Below the pieces are notes generated by a model. That model had not been told where the DNA came from. It saw only the letters and a list, made by a program, of their open reading frames with translations, and did no database searches. Of a stretch of 64,000 nucleotides of DNA, positions 24,880 to 35,712 are shown in pieces. Source of the stretch: Klebsormidium nitens (taxonomy: Eukaryota; Plantae; Klebsormidiophyceae); contig DF237129.1 in the NCBI GenBank assembly GCA_000708835.1, positions 1 to 64,000 of the forward strand. The letters are read 5' to 3'. Each line of letters starts with the position of its first letter. Positions within the stretch are counted from its first letter, which is position 1. The position numbers were made by a program, and so were the translations under genes.

Positions 24880-26249
24880 GACACGGCTGAGCTCGGCTTA
24901 CCAACGGATTGGTCCCTTTTACCGCTTGGCCTTCTGTTCTTGTACTCAATGATCACGTCTGATTGCGGCCTGAATCAAAAGGCCCGTCTAGCATATCTAT
25001 GCCCCTCGGTTCAGCTGGCTACATGCCAACCCACACGTACCAATATGTTGCTTCAAGTATAGGGCCCAGGACGTACACACTGCATGGTTATAGACTCAGT
25101 GGATGACCGTCATCATGGTGCCTTGGGCGGGCCTGCATGGGGATGTGGCAACCCTGCGCGCGTCCGTTCACGAGGCGTCCGATCCACATCTTAATCTGGA
25201 AGTAAAGCAGCACGCATGTGCCTTTTGGTATCACATGTACGGTCACTGCATGTCCATGCGTTGTACGTAAATCTCAAGCGCTCCACCAATGAGCCAGGCG
25301 CCGGCGCACCGGCAGGGGCCCTCGAATGATGTAGTACGTACGGCCGGTCGATCATGCACATGAGAATTGCCGGGTTGCTTGACTATGACGTACGTGGAAA
25401 TATAGCTTGCCCTTGCCCTTCAGCTAGCAATGACTCATATGTGACCATGCTCAGTGCTCATGCAAATCCTGTCCAATCGACCAACTTTGAACCGGGAAAT
25501 GGCAGTCGGCTGAAAATTGCCATGCAGGGTTTGGATCATTGCCCATACAACCTTTCAATTAGAAACGTTCGAAAACGCGAGTCGCTCTCACAGTACTAAA
25601 ATTGCTAAAAAAGATAGCTTTTGAAGCACAGCGACACGTCTAGTAAAGTCTGGCCGTGTGGCAAGGATTAACAGGCTGATAAAAAATGGTATTTCCAGTA
25701 GTTGTATGCAGTTAAACCGTCGCGAGGTACGGTCTTGGAAAATGGCGACCCCTACCATGGTGTACACTAGTTGGACTTCGTATCCAAAATTGTTAGCTTG
25801 ACATCCTAATTTTCTCAATGTCACTACACCGTCAGATGCCCCAGTCTCAAACTCACTAGCAAAACCTTGAGACGTGGTATACAATCTCAACTCCTCAAAG
25901 GGTGCGATCTCCCGTGCCTTTTGGAGGCAACAAAACCTAAGTTGTGTAATCCCAAAACTCAGAACTAACTTCTAATGGTGTCCGAGGTTCACATACGCGG
26001 CACCCCAAGAGCTTGCTAAGGCTAACCTCAGTTGAAACCCACACACGCCTCATTATTTCCTAAGTGAAACATACTCTGCGGTTAGCTGGCAGTGAAACGG
26101 CTACTATGCTTGCGACGAACCTAATGCATTTTGTGAAGGTGTGAGCTGGAACTCAATCTAAAGTAAGCGTTGCACATGATCAAGGGCCGTTGGCTAAAGT
26201 ACACTCTCGAGTATATTGAAACCGAGGGTTCACTCAAGCAGATCCAATA

Positions 26250-29200
26250 TTAGACGCCGTACCCGGGGGGAACGTAACCATTATTCTTGCAGTGGGGGAA
26301 AGTGTTGTCCGGGGGCAAGAAGCCGTCGCAACCCTGCTGATCGCAGCACACGTAGCGCCCCTGGGGGTCGCTGTTGAACCAACAGCGCACGGGGAAGGAG
26401 CCGGCGGCGCCCGCCCCGCAAACACCTGTAAACGCGGGTTTGATTTGATTTCAACTGCGGGGTTGATGTCGAGCTGTCAGCATTCGAGTTTGAAGCATTC
26501 GACTTCAAACTGCGAAAGTTACAAGGTCGTTTCGGGTGTCCAGCGTGGGACAAGTTGGCTGATATTTTCCGGGTTTCAACATCCGACTCTCGCCTTAGCT
26601 TCAGAAATGTTTGTGACACTCCATCATTCCAGTAATACTCCGCGTATGCTGACATCAGCAGCTACGTTGGAAATACTTGACCAGCGACGGATCCCGTCTG
26701 AAAGGATGGAAGGAGTCTGCGTCCTACCAATCAGTCTCGAGAAACCCCTCGGCTATAATGCTTCACATCGTCGGTCCAGCAATTTCTTGACTCCAAAGTC
26801 GACCGTTTATCCCCCGGGGTAATTGCGAAAGAAGGCCTCGCGAGGGTAATTGGCGAAAATCCATGTCCCCAATCCATTTTGCGATGGGAAGTCGTCTTCT
26901 GCGCTTTGGAACGGCCAGAACGAGACGAACCGTATGTAGCGCCCCCCTGACAAGATGGGTTCCATTTTTCAGTGGGCCGCTGAAACTCGGAACAACGATA
27001 TTGTATACAGAGGCGTGATCTCAGCCGCCCAATCGGAACCCACATCGAAAAACCCACGTCGGGGACCTCAGAAAGACCAAGACTGGGTTGTTACCTTGGT
27101 CTCCGCTGGGGGGACTGGGAGACGCCGGGGGGGTCGGGTTTGCCCCAACTCCATAACCTGGCGGAACGTAACCGTTGTTCTTGCAGTGGGGGGTCAGATT
27201 GCCCGCATTAAACCCGTCGCAGCCCTGGTTGTCGCAGCACACGTAGCGCCCCTGAGGGTCGTTGTTGAAATAACAGCGCGTGGGGAAAGAGCCTGCCGCG
27301 CCGCTCCCGCAAACCCCTTAAACACGCACAGAAACAACGGTTAAGAAGCGTGGTTAAGCCTGGGTTAGTCGCCTTCTAAAGAGCGGACATGTTTACAACC
27401 TGGCGTAGTGTCGGTTGACAAAGCTTGGTCAAATAAGGAAGCAACAAATGCAAAAAGAGTCGGGTTCGATCAGGTGCACATTGGTACAAGATTTCATACA
27501 ACCCAACCTGAGCTGCATTGCAAGGTTGAATGATCAAACCAGCAACATGATAGAGCGCTTCGCGCTATCAGAAGTTTGGAATTGAACGATTCTACCTTGT
27601 AATGAAGACTGGCGTGCAGCCGTGGTTGGCTCTAGGAAATTGCAGATTGCATCGACGCGATTTACGAGGACCGCTTAAAAGTCAAGAGGTGAAGTTTCAA
27701 TCAGATTCATGACAAGCCTATGAAGCGGCGAGCGCTCAAGTCTAGTCCACCAGAGACCAATCTGCAAATGTCTTCTTCGAGAAAACGAAAGAGAAACGAG
27801 GTGCCCGTTCCGCATTCCTCGTCAAGCTGGACCTTCTTTTCTCAAGACCACCGTTTCGAAATCCAGATCAATGTCGCCCCATAAGAGCATGATGCTCCGA
27901 CAACCTGCCATCCTCTTCTCACGGGTTGATTCAACTCAAAAAAAGATTCCTAAGTTTTGACTATGCGGGGTCGAATGCCTACCTTGGTTACCGGTGGGAG
28001 GAGTCGGAGGCGTTGAGGGGGCGGGGCCGGAGGCACCGTTGTTGGGCGGCAAGTAGCCGTTGTTCTTGCAGTGGGGCGTCAGGTTGTCCCCGTTGAATCC
28101 GTCGCAGCCTTGATCGTCGCAGCACACGTAGCGCCCTTGAGGGTCACTGTTGAAATAGCAGCGCGTGGGGAAAGACCCCGCTGCGCCGCTCCCGCAAACC
28201 CCTACAACACGGGGAGAAAGCACGATTAACAAAGGCTGGTCGTTTTCGCTTTATTGGACTTTCTGCCGGGTGGATGGGCCGGTTCTTTGCTGGGTTCCGA
28301 CCTAACCTAATCTAGAACCCTACAGACCCCAGAGAGAGACCTGAGAGGGTCGTTATTGAACCAGCAGCGCGTCGAATAAGGGCCCGCTGCGCCGCTCCTG
28401 CAGAAGTCTGCGGAAAATCCTTTCCTTGCCATTCCGCCGGCAGGCTCCGCCGCTGCGGCAGTCCCCTACCCGTGTTCCGTGTCAGGATAGTTTAATACAA
28501 GACGAAAAAAACCCTTGAAAGAGTTCGTCGCCTTCGTCAAACCTCAGAATGAATGTAAGGATACCCGGAAAGATAGCCCTGGTTAGACAAGCCTACACTC
28601 TGTCATTTGAGACTAGTGGGCATGAGTTGGATTGTGACAAAGTTTTTATGGAAAGCTAGTCTGATGTGGCGAAAAACCGGACCAAGCAGATGACCCAAAA
28701 GTAAGCGACTGAAATAGGCGTGGGATGCGGAACCCAAAAGTGTGTGACACAAAGCTCTTGAAGCCGAAACGCTTCAACTGCTGAAAAACGAGAACTAGAG
28801 CAACGGGGTCGGAAAGTTCAATGCACCAAGATTTTGATAGAGTCCCCGCATAAACGACGGACCAGCACTACGTGAACCAACGAAAGGCATAGCGCTCGGA
28901 AAGAGATTTCCACAGGTGAAATCGTGCAAGGCACCGACCTCGAGGGAGTGCCCAAAGAAACGGAAAAAGGAGAAACGGAAACGGAACCGGAAAAAGGAAA
29001 ACACACCCTGGTCTCCGGAGGGGGGTGGCGGCTGGCTCGACGGCTGGCCCGACGCTTGCGGCGGGTAACTGTTGTTCTGGGGGATGGACGTCTGTCCGTT
29101 GCAGAGCGGGGTGTTACCGTCGGGTCCATAAGGCCCGCAGTAGTTCTCGCAGCACAGGTAGTGCGCTCCGTCCTTGTACAAGCACCCGGCTTGCGGCGAG

Positions 29201-32200
29201 CACGACTCTAGAGCAAGAACAGGGTTTGGCGTTAACGAAGTCCCAGGTTGAGTTTGAGGTGGTGGCGCGAGGGCGCTTGTCAAAAGTGATAGTCCTTGTA
29301 TACGCATCCGGTTTGCGGCAGACAACACGCGGACACAGAAAGGGTTTGGCGTTAACTAGGCCTGGTTAAGGTGATAGTACGAGCGCGCACGTCGAAAGTG
29401 GAGGTCGTTGTATGCGCATGATGCGGTTGCGGCGAGCGCAATTCTGGGGCGTGTGGTGCAAAAAGGGTTTGGCGTTAACCAGGCCCGGTTAAGGTGGTGA
29501 TCCGGGCGCCCACGTTAAGAAGGATGAGAAGTATAAAGAAGCATTCCTTGATGCATTCGGTCAACAGGAGCTTTCTGCAAGAACGTGATTGCAGGTTTTC
29601 TGTGTAAGAAAGCGAGGCCATCGTTTTCTGATAAAACGAAGCTCATCTCTTTGACAGGAGTTGACTGCTTTAGTGGTTATCCTGGCCAGACAGCAAGTCA
29701 ACGGTGAAACGACATTTTGTACAACGGTCCCTTCCGGCTTCAGAGCACACTTTCAAGAAGGAAGTAAGACATCTACCACTTCGACGACAGTCCCCTCCGT
29801 GGGCTGCTCGAGATTGTTCGCAAGATAGAAGTTCACACGATTTTGCCGCAGGGCGCTTTCAATCTTTGTCCGTGAGCCCACAAACGAAGGTCGATCAGGG
29901 AGTAGCTGCAGAAGCAAGAGAACAGTTATCTGCGACAACTAGAGATGGAACCCAGTTGGACCTACTTCATTTTGCAGATCAGCGTAGCGAAGTGCTGTTG
30001 AGGAGACGGAGTCCACTGCCACGGGTAGTGTCAGATGGAAGAAAAGCGGGCCTGCTGTGAGACTGACTGCAATCTTGCCAAACCACTCGCTAACGGAGTT
30101 ACACCCGAACGATATCGGTGCGGCCAAAAACAGCCGCTTCTGCGGCACGTTGGAACCAGACACTGATTCAGGGAGAAGGAATCTTTTGAAAAGGTAGTGT
30201 GACGTTCGCACAGATAAAAAAAGCGTGTTTGCGTGCTCACCGAAGAAGTCGGATCCGGCAAGTGGGCCAGTCGTGTTTCCAACGGTGGATTGCACGAAGG
30301 GAGTAGTCTTGGGAGGAGAAACCCTGCTCAACAATGTAACACCCTCAGGATGAAGATACAACCAGGCTGAGATAGGTTAATGCTCAAGGACGGGGTTGAT
30401 CTGGGAGTTAGGGTGGGTATGGTGAGGAGCGCGTGAGGTTGTATCGAGGGTTTGTGTGTCCTTCCCGTTCCCGTTGTGAATCTCAACCTGGCTCAATTTC
30501 CACTCATCTCGATCTTGCCAATCACGTCAAAGTACTCAAATCTGGACCTTGTGCCAGGTTCGGATTCTGATCCTTCAGCTCAAACTGAAGAGACGAAGTT
30601 TGGCGAAGGCTCTCTTAAAACGAAAGAACGTCGATGTGATAACGCCTGGGCGGCTCAGCAGACTTTGGATGCTGTGCAAGCTTTCTTCAGCTTATGCTGT
30701 TTAATTTGAAAAACATGACTTTATCTGACGCGCAATCTGGCATAAATCAGGTCGACAACCTAGTCGGCACCCTTCGAAGAGCGGGTTCGTACCGGAGACT
30801 TTCGAAGAACGAGCTAACCAGTTCTGCTTTCTGGGCGGCTGCGATACACAACAGGCGCGTCCACTTAAAGACTCGAGAAGCATGTGCTATGAGTCCCCAA
30901 AATCTGACCGCTCTTTCGCCCACAAACACTAGAGGAGGAACGTCAACCTGCGGTCTTTTCAGCAAAGAGAATTCATCGCCTCTTTCCCTTCGCCTCTCAG
31001 CCAAAAGCTGTCAATCATAACGCATGTTGCGGGGTGCTGTCCCCCTCGCCTCTTCTCGGAAACGGATTTGATAGCAATGGCTGATCAACCATTGTTAGAG
31101 TCACCCCCAGCTCACTGCCCCCTCTACCACGTCTACAGGAAGAGGCGCGTGGAAAGTTCCGACCTCACAAGCAGACTCGAGCGGCATACTTGAAACGAAA
31201 AATGCCAGCTGTTCGCGTTACACTCACGGGATGTTGCAGAACGTCCCTGTAGAGAACGGGCCGCAGTCGCAGGTGGCGGCGACGGGTGTTTCCTGTTGTC
31301 CGAGGATGGGGCTGCTGCCGTAAGTCACATACTTGCACATCCCGCCGTTCTGGCACGGGTTGGGGTCGCATGGGTCATCGCCTGCAAGGGTGCAGTTCGC
31401 ATTCGTGGAATTGGCTTAAAAGGTTTCATGTAAGTTAAGTTGTAATGCATACGAGGTCTCTTGACTTGAATTATCCAGGCCTCGAAGGCCTCGAAGTCTA
31501 CGTCAGCACTGGGGGTCCAGGATCAGGGGTGAAGAACTGTTCCATCTAGACATGTGTATTATGACTTACTCGTTTAGAATGGGTGTCTGAGCGGTTGGAA
31601 AAGATGTCTGTCAGAAGATGTATGTCAAAAGGTTAAAAGGACGGATTAAGCTGGGAAGTCAGAAACCCCGTGTCTTCAAGCCAACATGATTGACAGCAAG
31701 TCAGGCCAAAGCACGAGCAAACGGGGAGTCTTGAGCATGGGAGCATCAGAACAAGGGCAAACTTGGTGCTGCAGCCCGAAAGGGATTCTGGCTCTTGAAG
31801 ACCGTTTGTAAGCTTCTTTCAAGTACGAGGTTTCTGCCCTTCAGTCTCAGCTCTTGAGCCTCCTCTTGCTGCCAGCTCTCTCAACTTGAGCGACAAATTC
31901 TCTCCCAGAAGCTTAACATCCAGGCATTTTAAGCATACCTGGGGGGCAGCTGTAGTGAAAACTTGGAGAGGCAACTTGGGAATTCCAGTTCCCCTAAGGA
32001 AGCCGGATCGAACATAACATACGAAGTATTAGCTACAGAATTGAAGGCCTAGGACCTCTTGAAAAGCAAGGATACTAGGTGGCCTCCTTGCTTTCGATCA
32101 GGATATAAGGATCGCAGTGCCTAGGATGGGAATCCATAGAAGATTTTTACGAGCCACGTACCTGGAATGTAGCAATACGTCTGCGAATAGGTTGGGGTTT

Positions 32201-33522
32201 CGTTGGTCAGCGCCACAGATGGGGCGTTGCATTGGGTGCAATTGGCCACAGTGATAGGGCCCATAGTATAAGCTCCTGCAGTGGTGCATGTGTTTCCTGC
32301 AACAGTAAAACACAAACAGAAGAAGTTATAAAGAGTTGTAAGCAGTCGCAACATTATGCAAAAGTCGCAAACGTTGCTGCTTTCAAGTGGATGCAACATG
32401 ACGTACAGCTCTATTCTGCATGGGGGCGTATTCATGGCTGCTTAAAGTGGGCATCAGAGGAAGAACTGTAATTACAATCATCTGAAGAACAATCTGCAGA
32501 GGAGCATCACCCTCGCGGCGTCTTGGAGCAGCTAGGGTGATTGTTTACAAGTAGGATAAACAATCCAGATGGCAGTACACATATCACCCCAGACTTTTCA
32601 GCGAAGATAACATGGAGCACGCAAACCACTTGCTTCTCCGTCAGACGCCACGCAACCAGCACCAGCGTCCAACAGAGTCTTTCTTACTCAAAACAATATG
32701 GTTTAGAAGTCGCTTGAAAGCCTTTAGCTGGCACATTGTGCTGGTTCATTGAAGGTAGTTCAACATGGTCATAGGTGGCCACTTTGATGGGACTTCCTGC
32801 AACCTAAGAAGCTCCAAAGGCTTCTGAGGGCACCGTCAGTCTGTAAGTGATACCTCCCCACAGTGGACTTTTTGTGAAGTCATGAGCATCATTCAGAGCT
32901 GGTGTTTTACAAGGGCCCAAGGGGCTCTCAGCTTCGCCTGGACAATCCAAAGCCCCCACCTTCTTCTGACCCTGAAACTCATATGAGTCCCTCCCCCCCA
33001 CCAACCAATGGGAGGCCGCCAATCAGCTACAGAATGACCTACTCCAAGTGCCAAAGCCTGGTAGCTGGTACCAACAATGAATGATGCCTTGCCCTTCTGT
33101 ACACAAACTGCCCAATCCGCCAGACTCAGTTCAGATCGCCATAGGTGCATGCTTGAGCCACGACCAGGAGGACCAGCGGAACGAGTAACTGACGGAGCCT
33201 GCCCAACTTGGTTCTGGATTCCAATCCAGGATCCCAAGGAGCAGACGTCCTACCCTCACTCGGGCTTGCATGTCTACAAAAACCACGTTGTTCAATCAAA
33301 TCGAAATGGGGCACCATAAGGTCGCTCACCAGACCCACAAGGGTTGCCAATGCAGGGGTCTGCAAAGCAGGAGAATCCCCCGCCTCTGCGGTTTGGTACG
33401 ACGTTGTACCCAGACGGACAGGAGAGCCCGGGGTAGGGACCCCAGAGAGGAAATGCATCCGTCCTTGCCGCCAGGAAAAGCGACAGGAGCAGGAGCTGGG
33501 ACAACATTCTGAGCCCAGCCAT
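26250..33522 (-). CDS. Secreted Cys-rich modular protein, copy A (signal peptide, 2 EGF-like units, 4 six-Cys modules, Pro-rich linkers), 460 aa, 8 exons
   Basis: Exons 33522-33330, 32296-32162, 31381-31228, 30323-30241, 29207-29007, 28201-27983, 27316-27095 and 26425-26250 total 1383 nt, in frame. Signal peptide MAGLRMLSQLLLLSLFLAARTDA; EGF-like DPCDPNPCQNGGMC...CDCGPFSTGTFC; repeated module VCGSGAAGSFPTRCYFNSDPQGRYVCCDDQGCDGFNGDNLTPHC. Confidence 0.88.
28345..28407 (-). pseudogene. Fossil half-module (pseudo-exon) in intron 5 of copy A
   Basis: The acceptor ttccgcag is followed by DFCRSGAAGPYSTRCWFNNDP, which aligns with the first half of the 6-Cys module, then similarity is lost. The counterpart in copy B (37812-37876) has a TGG>TGA stop. 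Confidence 0.75.
29207..29520 (-). repeat. About 120-bp triplication spanning the exon 5 acceptor of copy A
   Basis: AGGGTTTGGCGTTAAC occurs at 29221, 29341 and 29464, each next to a degenerate copy of the exon 5 start. Copy B has a single unit near 38735. Confidence 0.8.
30362..30491 (+). mobile_element. Degenerate copy of the G-rich mini-element in intron 3 of copy A
   Basis: Core ggacggggttgatctgggagttagggtgggtatggtgaggagc, bounded by inverted CCAGG(C/T)TGAGAT at 30362-30373 and 30480-30491 (11/12). Confidence 0.5.
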
Positions 33523-35712
33523 TGGGGCGCCAAAGGAGGTTTCTTCTAGGGAGCTGTAGGGAGTGAGAGAATGAGGGATTAATGAAGGGATGCTTCTTTG
33601 ATCAATCCTTGTATCCTGTGTTTTAGTATTACTTGCTGCATTCCTGCATTTCATTCATGAGGCGGCGGGTTTGCAAATGCTGAGCTAGCTGTGCTAGCAG
33701 CTGCAAGGACTGCTGCAAGCACATGATGATGCATGATGGCCCATGGGGCGGGCCGGGGTACTGAGAACATCATGCACATGTACCTAATGTGTACAGTTGA
33801 GTCTTTTAACCTACATACCTACATATTATTATTACGTACTGGTACCCGCTTTACCTAGGCCGCTCCTCGATCGCTGAACAGTGCACACATGGTGGTGACC
33901 GCACATATGACACATATCATGTACTTGTTATGTACAAGTTTACCGTTCCAAAGTTACGGCAAGCTGACAGGTCTGACCGTCTGGTTAGAAGTCCTAGTCC
34001 GGCGTCCTCCGTAGTCTGCGTCTACGACGGGGATTCCTGACGGTTCTTATAGCTAGGCAACCAAGAGCTTTTATAGTATTATGTACGTGCTGTCCTCCAC
34101 GTTGATGTCAACACTTTGGGTGGTACATGTACTTCTCTCGCGACCTCTTTGTCAGTGTTCTCACGCTTCCACGCTGTCACGCTGTTCCCTGCATGGCAGC
34201 ACCTGCCTTGCGTCGATCTCATATGAGCTTTTGAAGGTTTTAGGGTGCTCAGAACAGCCCCATTGAAGGCTGACCGCGACAGTGGACAGGGGGGGAGGGG
34301 TCTCAAAGTGCCCGTCGGCGATCCGGTTACAGCTGTAAAACTGTTTAGACACCACGCCATGGCCTCTAGCTCATGTGGCCTCTCGTTCTCATGGGCACCG
34401 GGCATGGGCACTTTGGGATCACCACAGACTGAGTACACTTTTTCCCTTTATCATATGGATGCTTTTCATATCATATACCGGTATGCATGCTTTGACTCTG
34501 CTTGCAAATTGTTCGAGTAACAGAGTAACATGGCATGATGCTTGCAGAGTGATCCTCCTGGTCAGCTGTTTGGGGGGGGATTGGGCGCAGAATCCTGCAG
34601 GGACATAGATACCTTGTGGCAGAGTAGGATACAAGCTCCTGAGAGGGCCCTTCGACTTTGTTCCCAGTTACATTGATAACTTCAGCTGACATTGTGCAGC
34701 ATGCTTGATGCCAGTGGCGTTTATATCAGCTCATTGCACTGGCCATCGTAAATCTTGGCAGTTTTGTCTTCATGGATACATTATTTACTGCATGCCTGTG
34801 TTTCTGACCAAACGTGTTGACTGCGACATTTACACAGATTCAGCATCAACATAATGCTGGGCATGTTTTTCGTTTATTTTGATATCATCAACCTGAAAGG
34901 CTCCCGGTGCAGCATGGATAGCGCCTGGCCGGGGTTAAAATAGTCAAGCCGGTTATATGCGGTCAGCCACAATGATGGCTCGAATTACCCTGATTTTGCA
35001 ATCACCACGCATATAACAGTTCTGCCTTAGCCTTTGGGTTATGTCACTCAGTCAGTCAGGAGTCCTATGAGTCCACTGCCCCATGACCTGTCATAAAAGC
35101 GATAGCCGCAACTGCTTTTGAAGCTGTAAGCGCGCTGCACAGCAACACGACGGTCTGGTAAAATCTGGCCGTGTTGGCATTGAAGACCAACTTCACTGGG
35201 AAATTAGCGAAGATCCTGTCATAGTGTACACTAGTTTGACTTTGTGTCCAAAATTGCTAGCTTGACATCCTAAATTAGTGTCACTACACAGACCCACAGC
35301 CTCAAAACTCACTAGCAAAACCTTGAGACGTGGTAGGCAATCTCAACTCCTCAAAAAGGTGCCCTCCCGTGCCTTTTGAAGGCAGTAAAACCTTGAAGTT
35401 GTGTAAACCCAAAATTCAGAAGTAAGTTCTGACGGTTTCCGAGTTCGCAAATGCTGGACCTCAAGAGCTTGCTAAGGCTGAACTCAGATCGAACCCACAC
35501 CCGCTCCGAAACCTCTAAGCGGAACCTACACGGCGGTTAGCTTGCAGTGATACTACGCTCGCGACGAGCCTAATGCTTTTCGTGAAGGTGTGAACTGGCA
35601 CTCGGCTACTCGGTCTAAGGCAATCGTTGCAAATGACTAACAGGGCCGTTGGCTAAAGTACACTCTCGAGTATACTAACACCGAGGGTTAATATACTCAT
35701 TCAGATCCAATA

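Larger units (their letters stand above)
25610..34110. repeat. Segmental tandem duplication, unit A (paralog of about 35100-43550)
   Basis: Colinear exons, introns, 3' flank (25640-26250 vs 35150-35713) and promoter region (33660-34110 vs 43015-43550). Offset is about 9.4 kb; boundaries are approximate. Confidence 0.9.

Noticed and set aside
28556-28565. GTATCCTTAC on the minus strand as a U12 donor in copy A
   Set aside because: It lies mid-intron, is absent from the paralog and is not needed for the reading frame.
34079-34438. 119-aa minus-strand ORF in the spacer between the duplicated units
   Set aside because: Non-ATG start, no partner exons or motifs found, and no counterpart in unit B.
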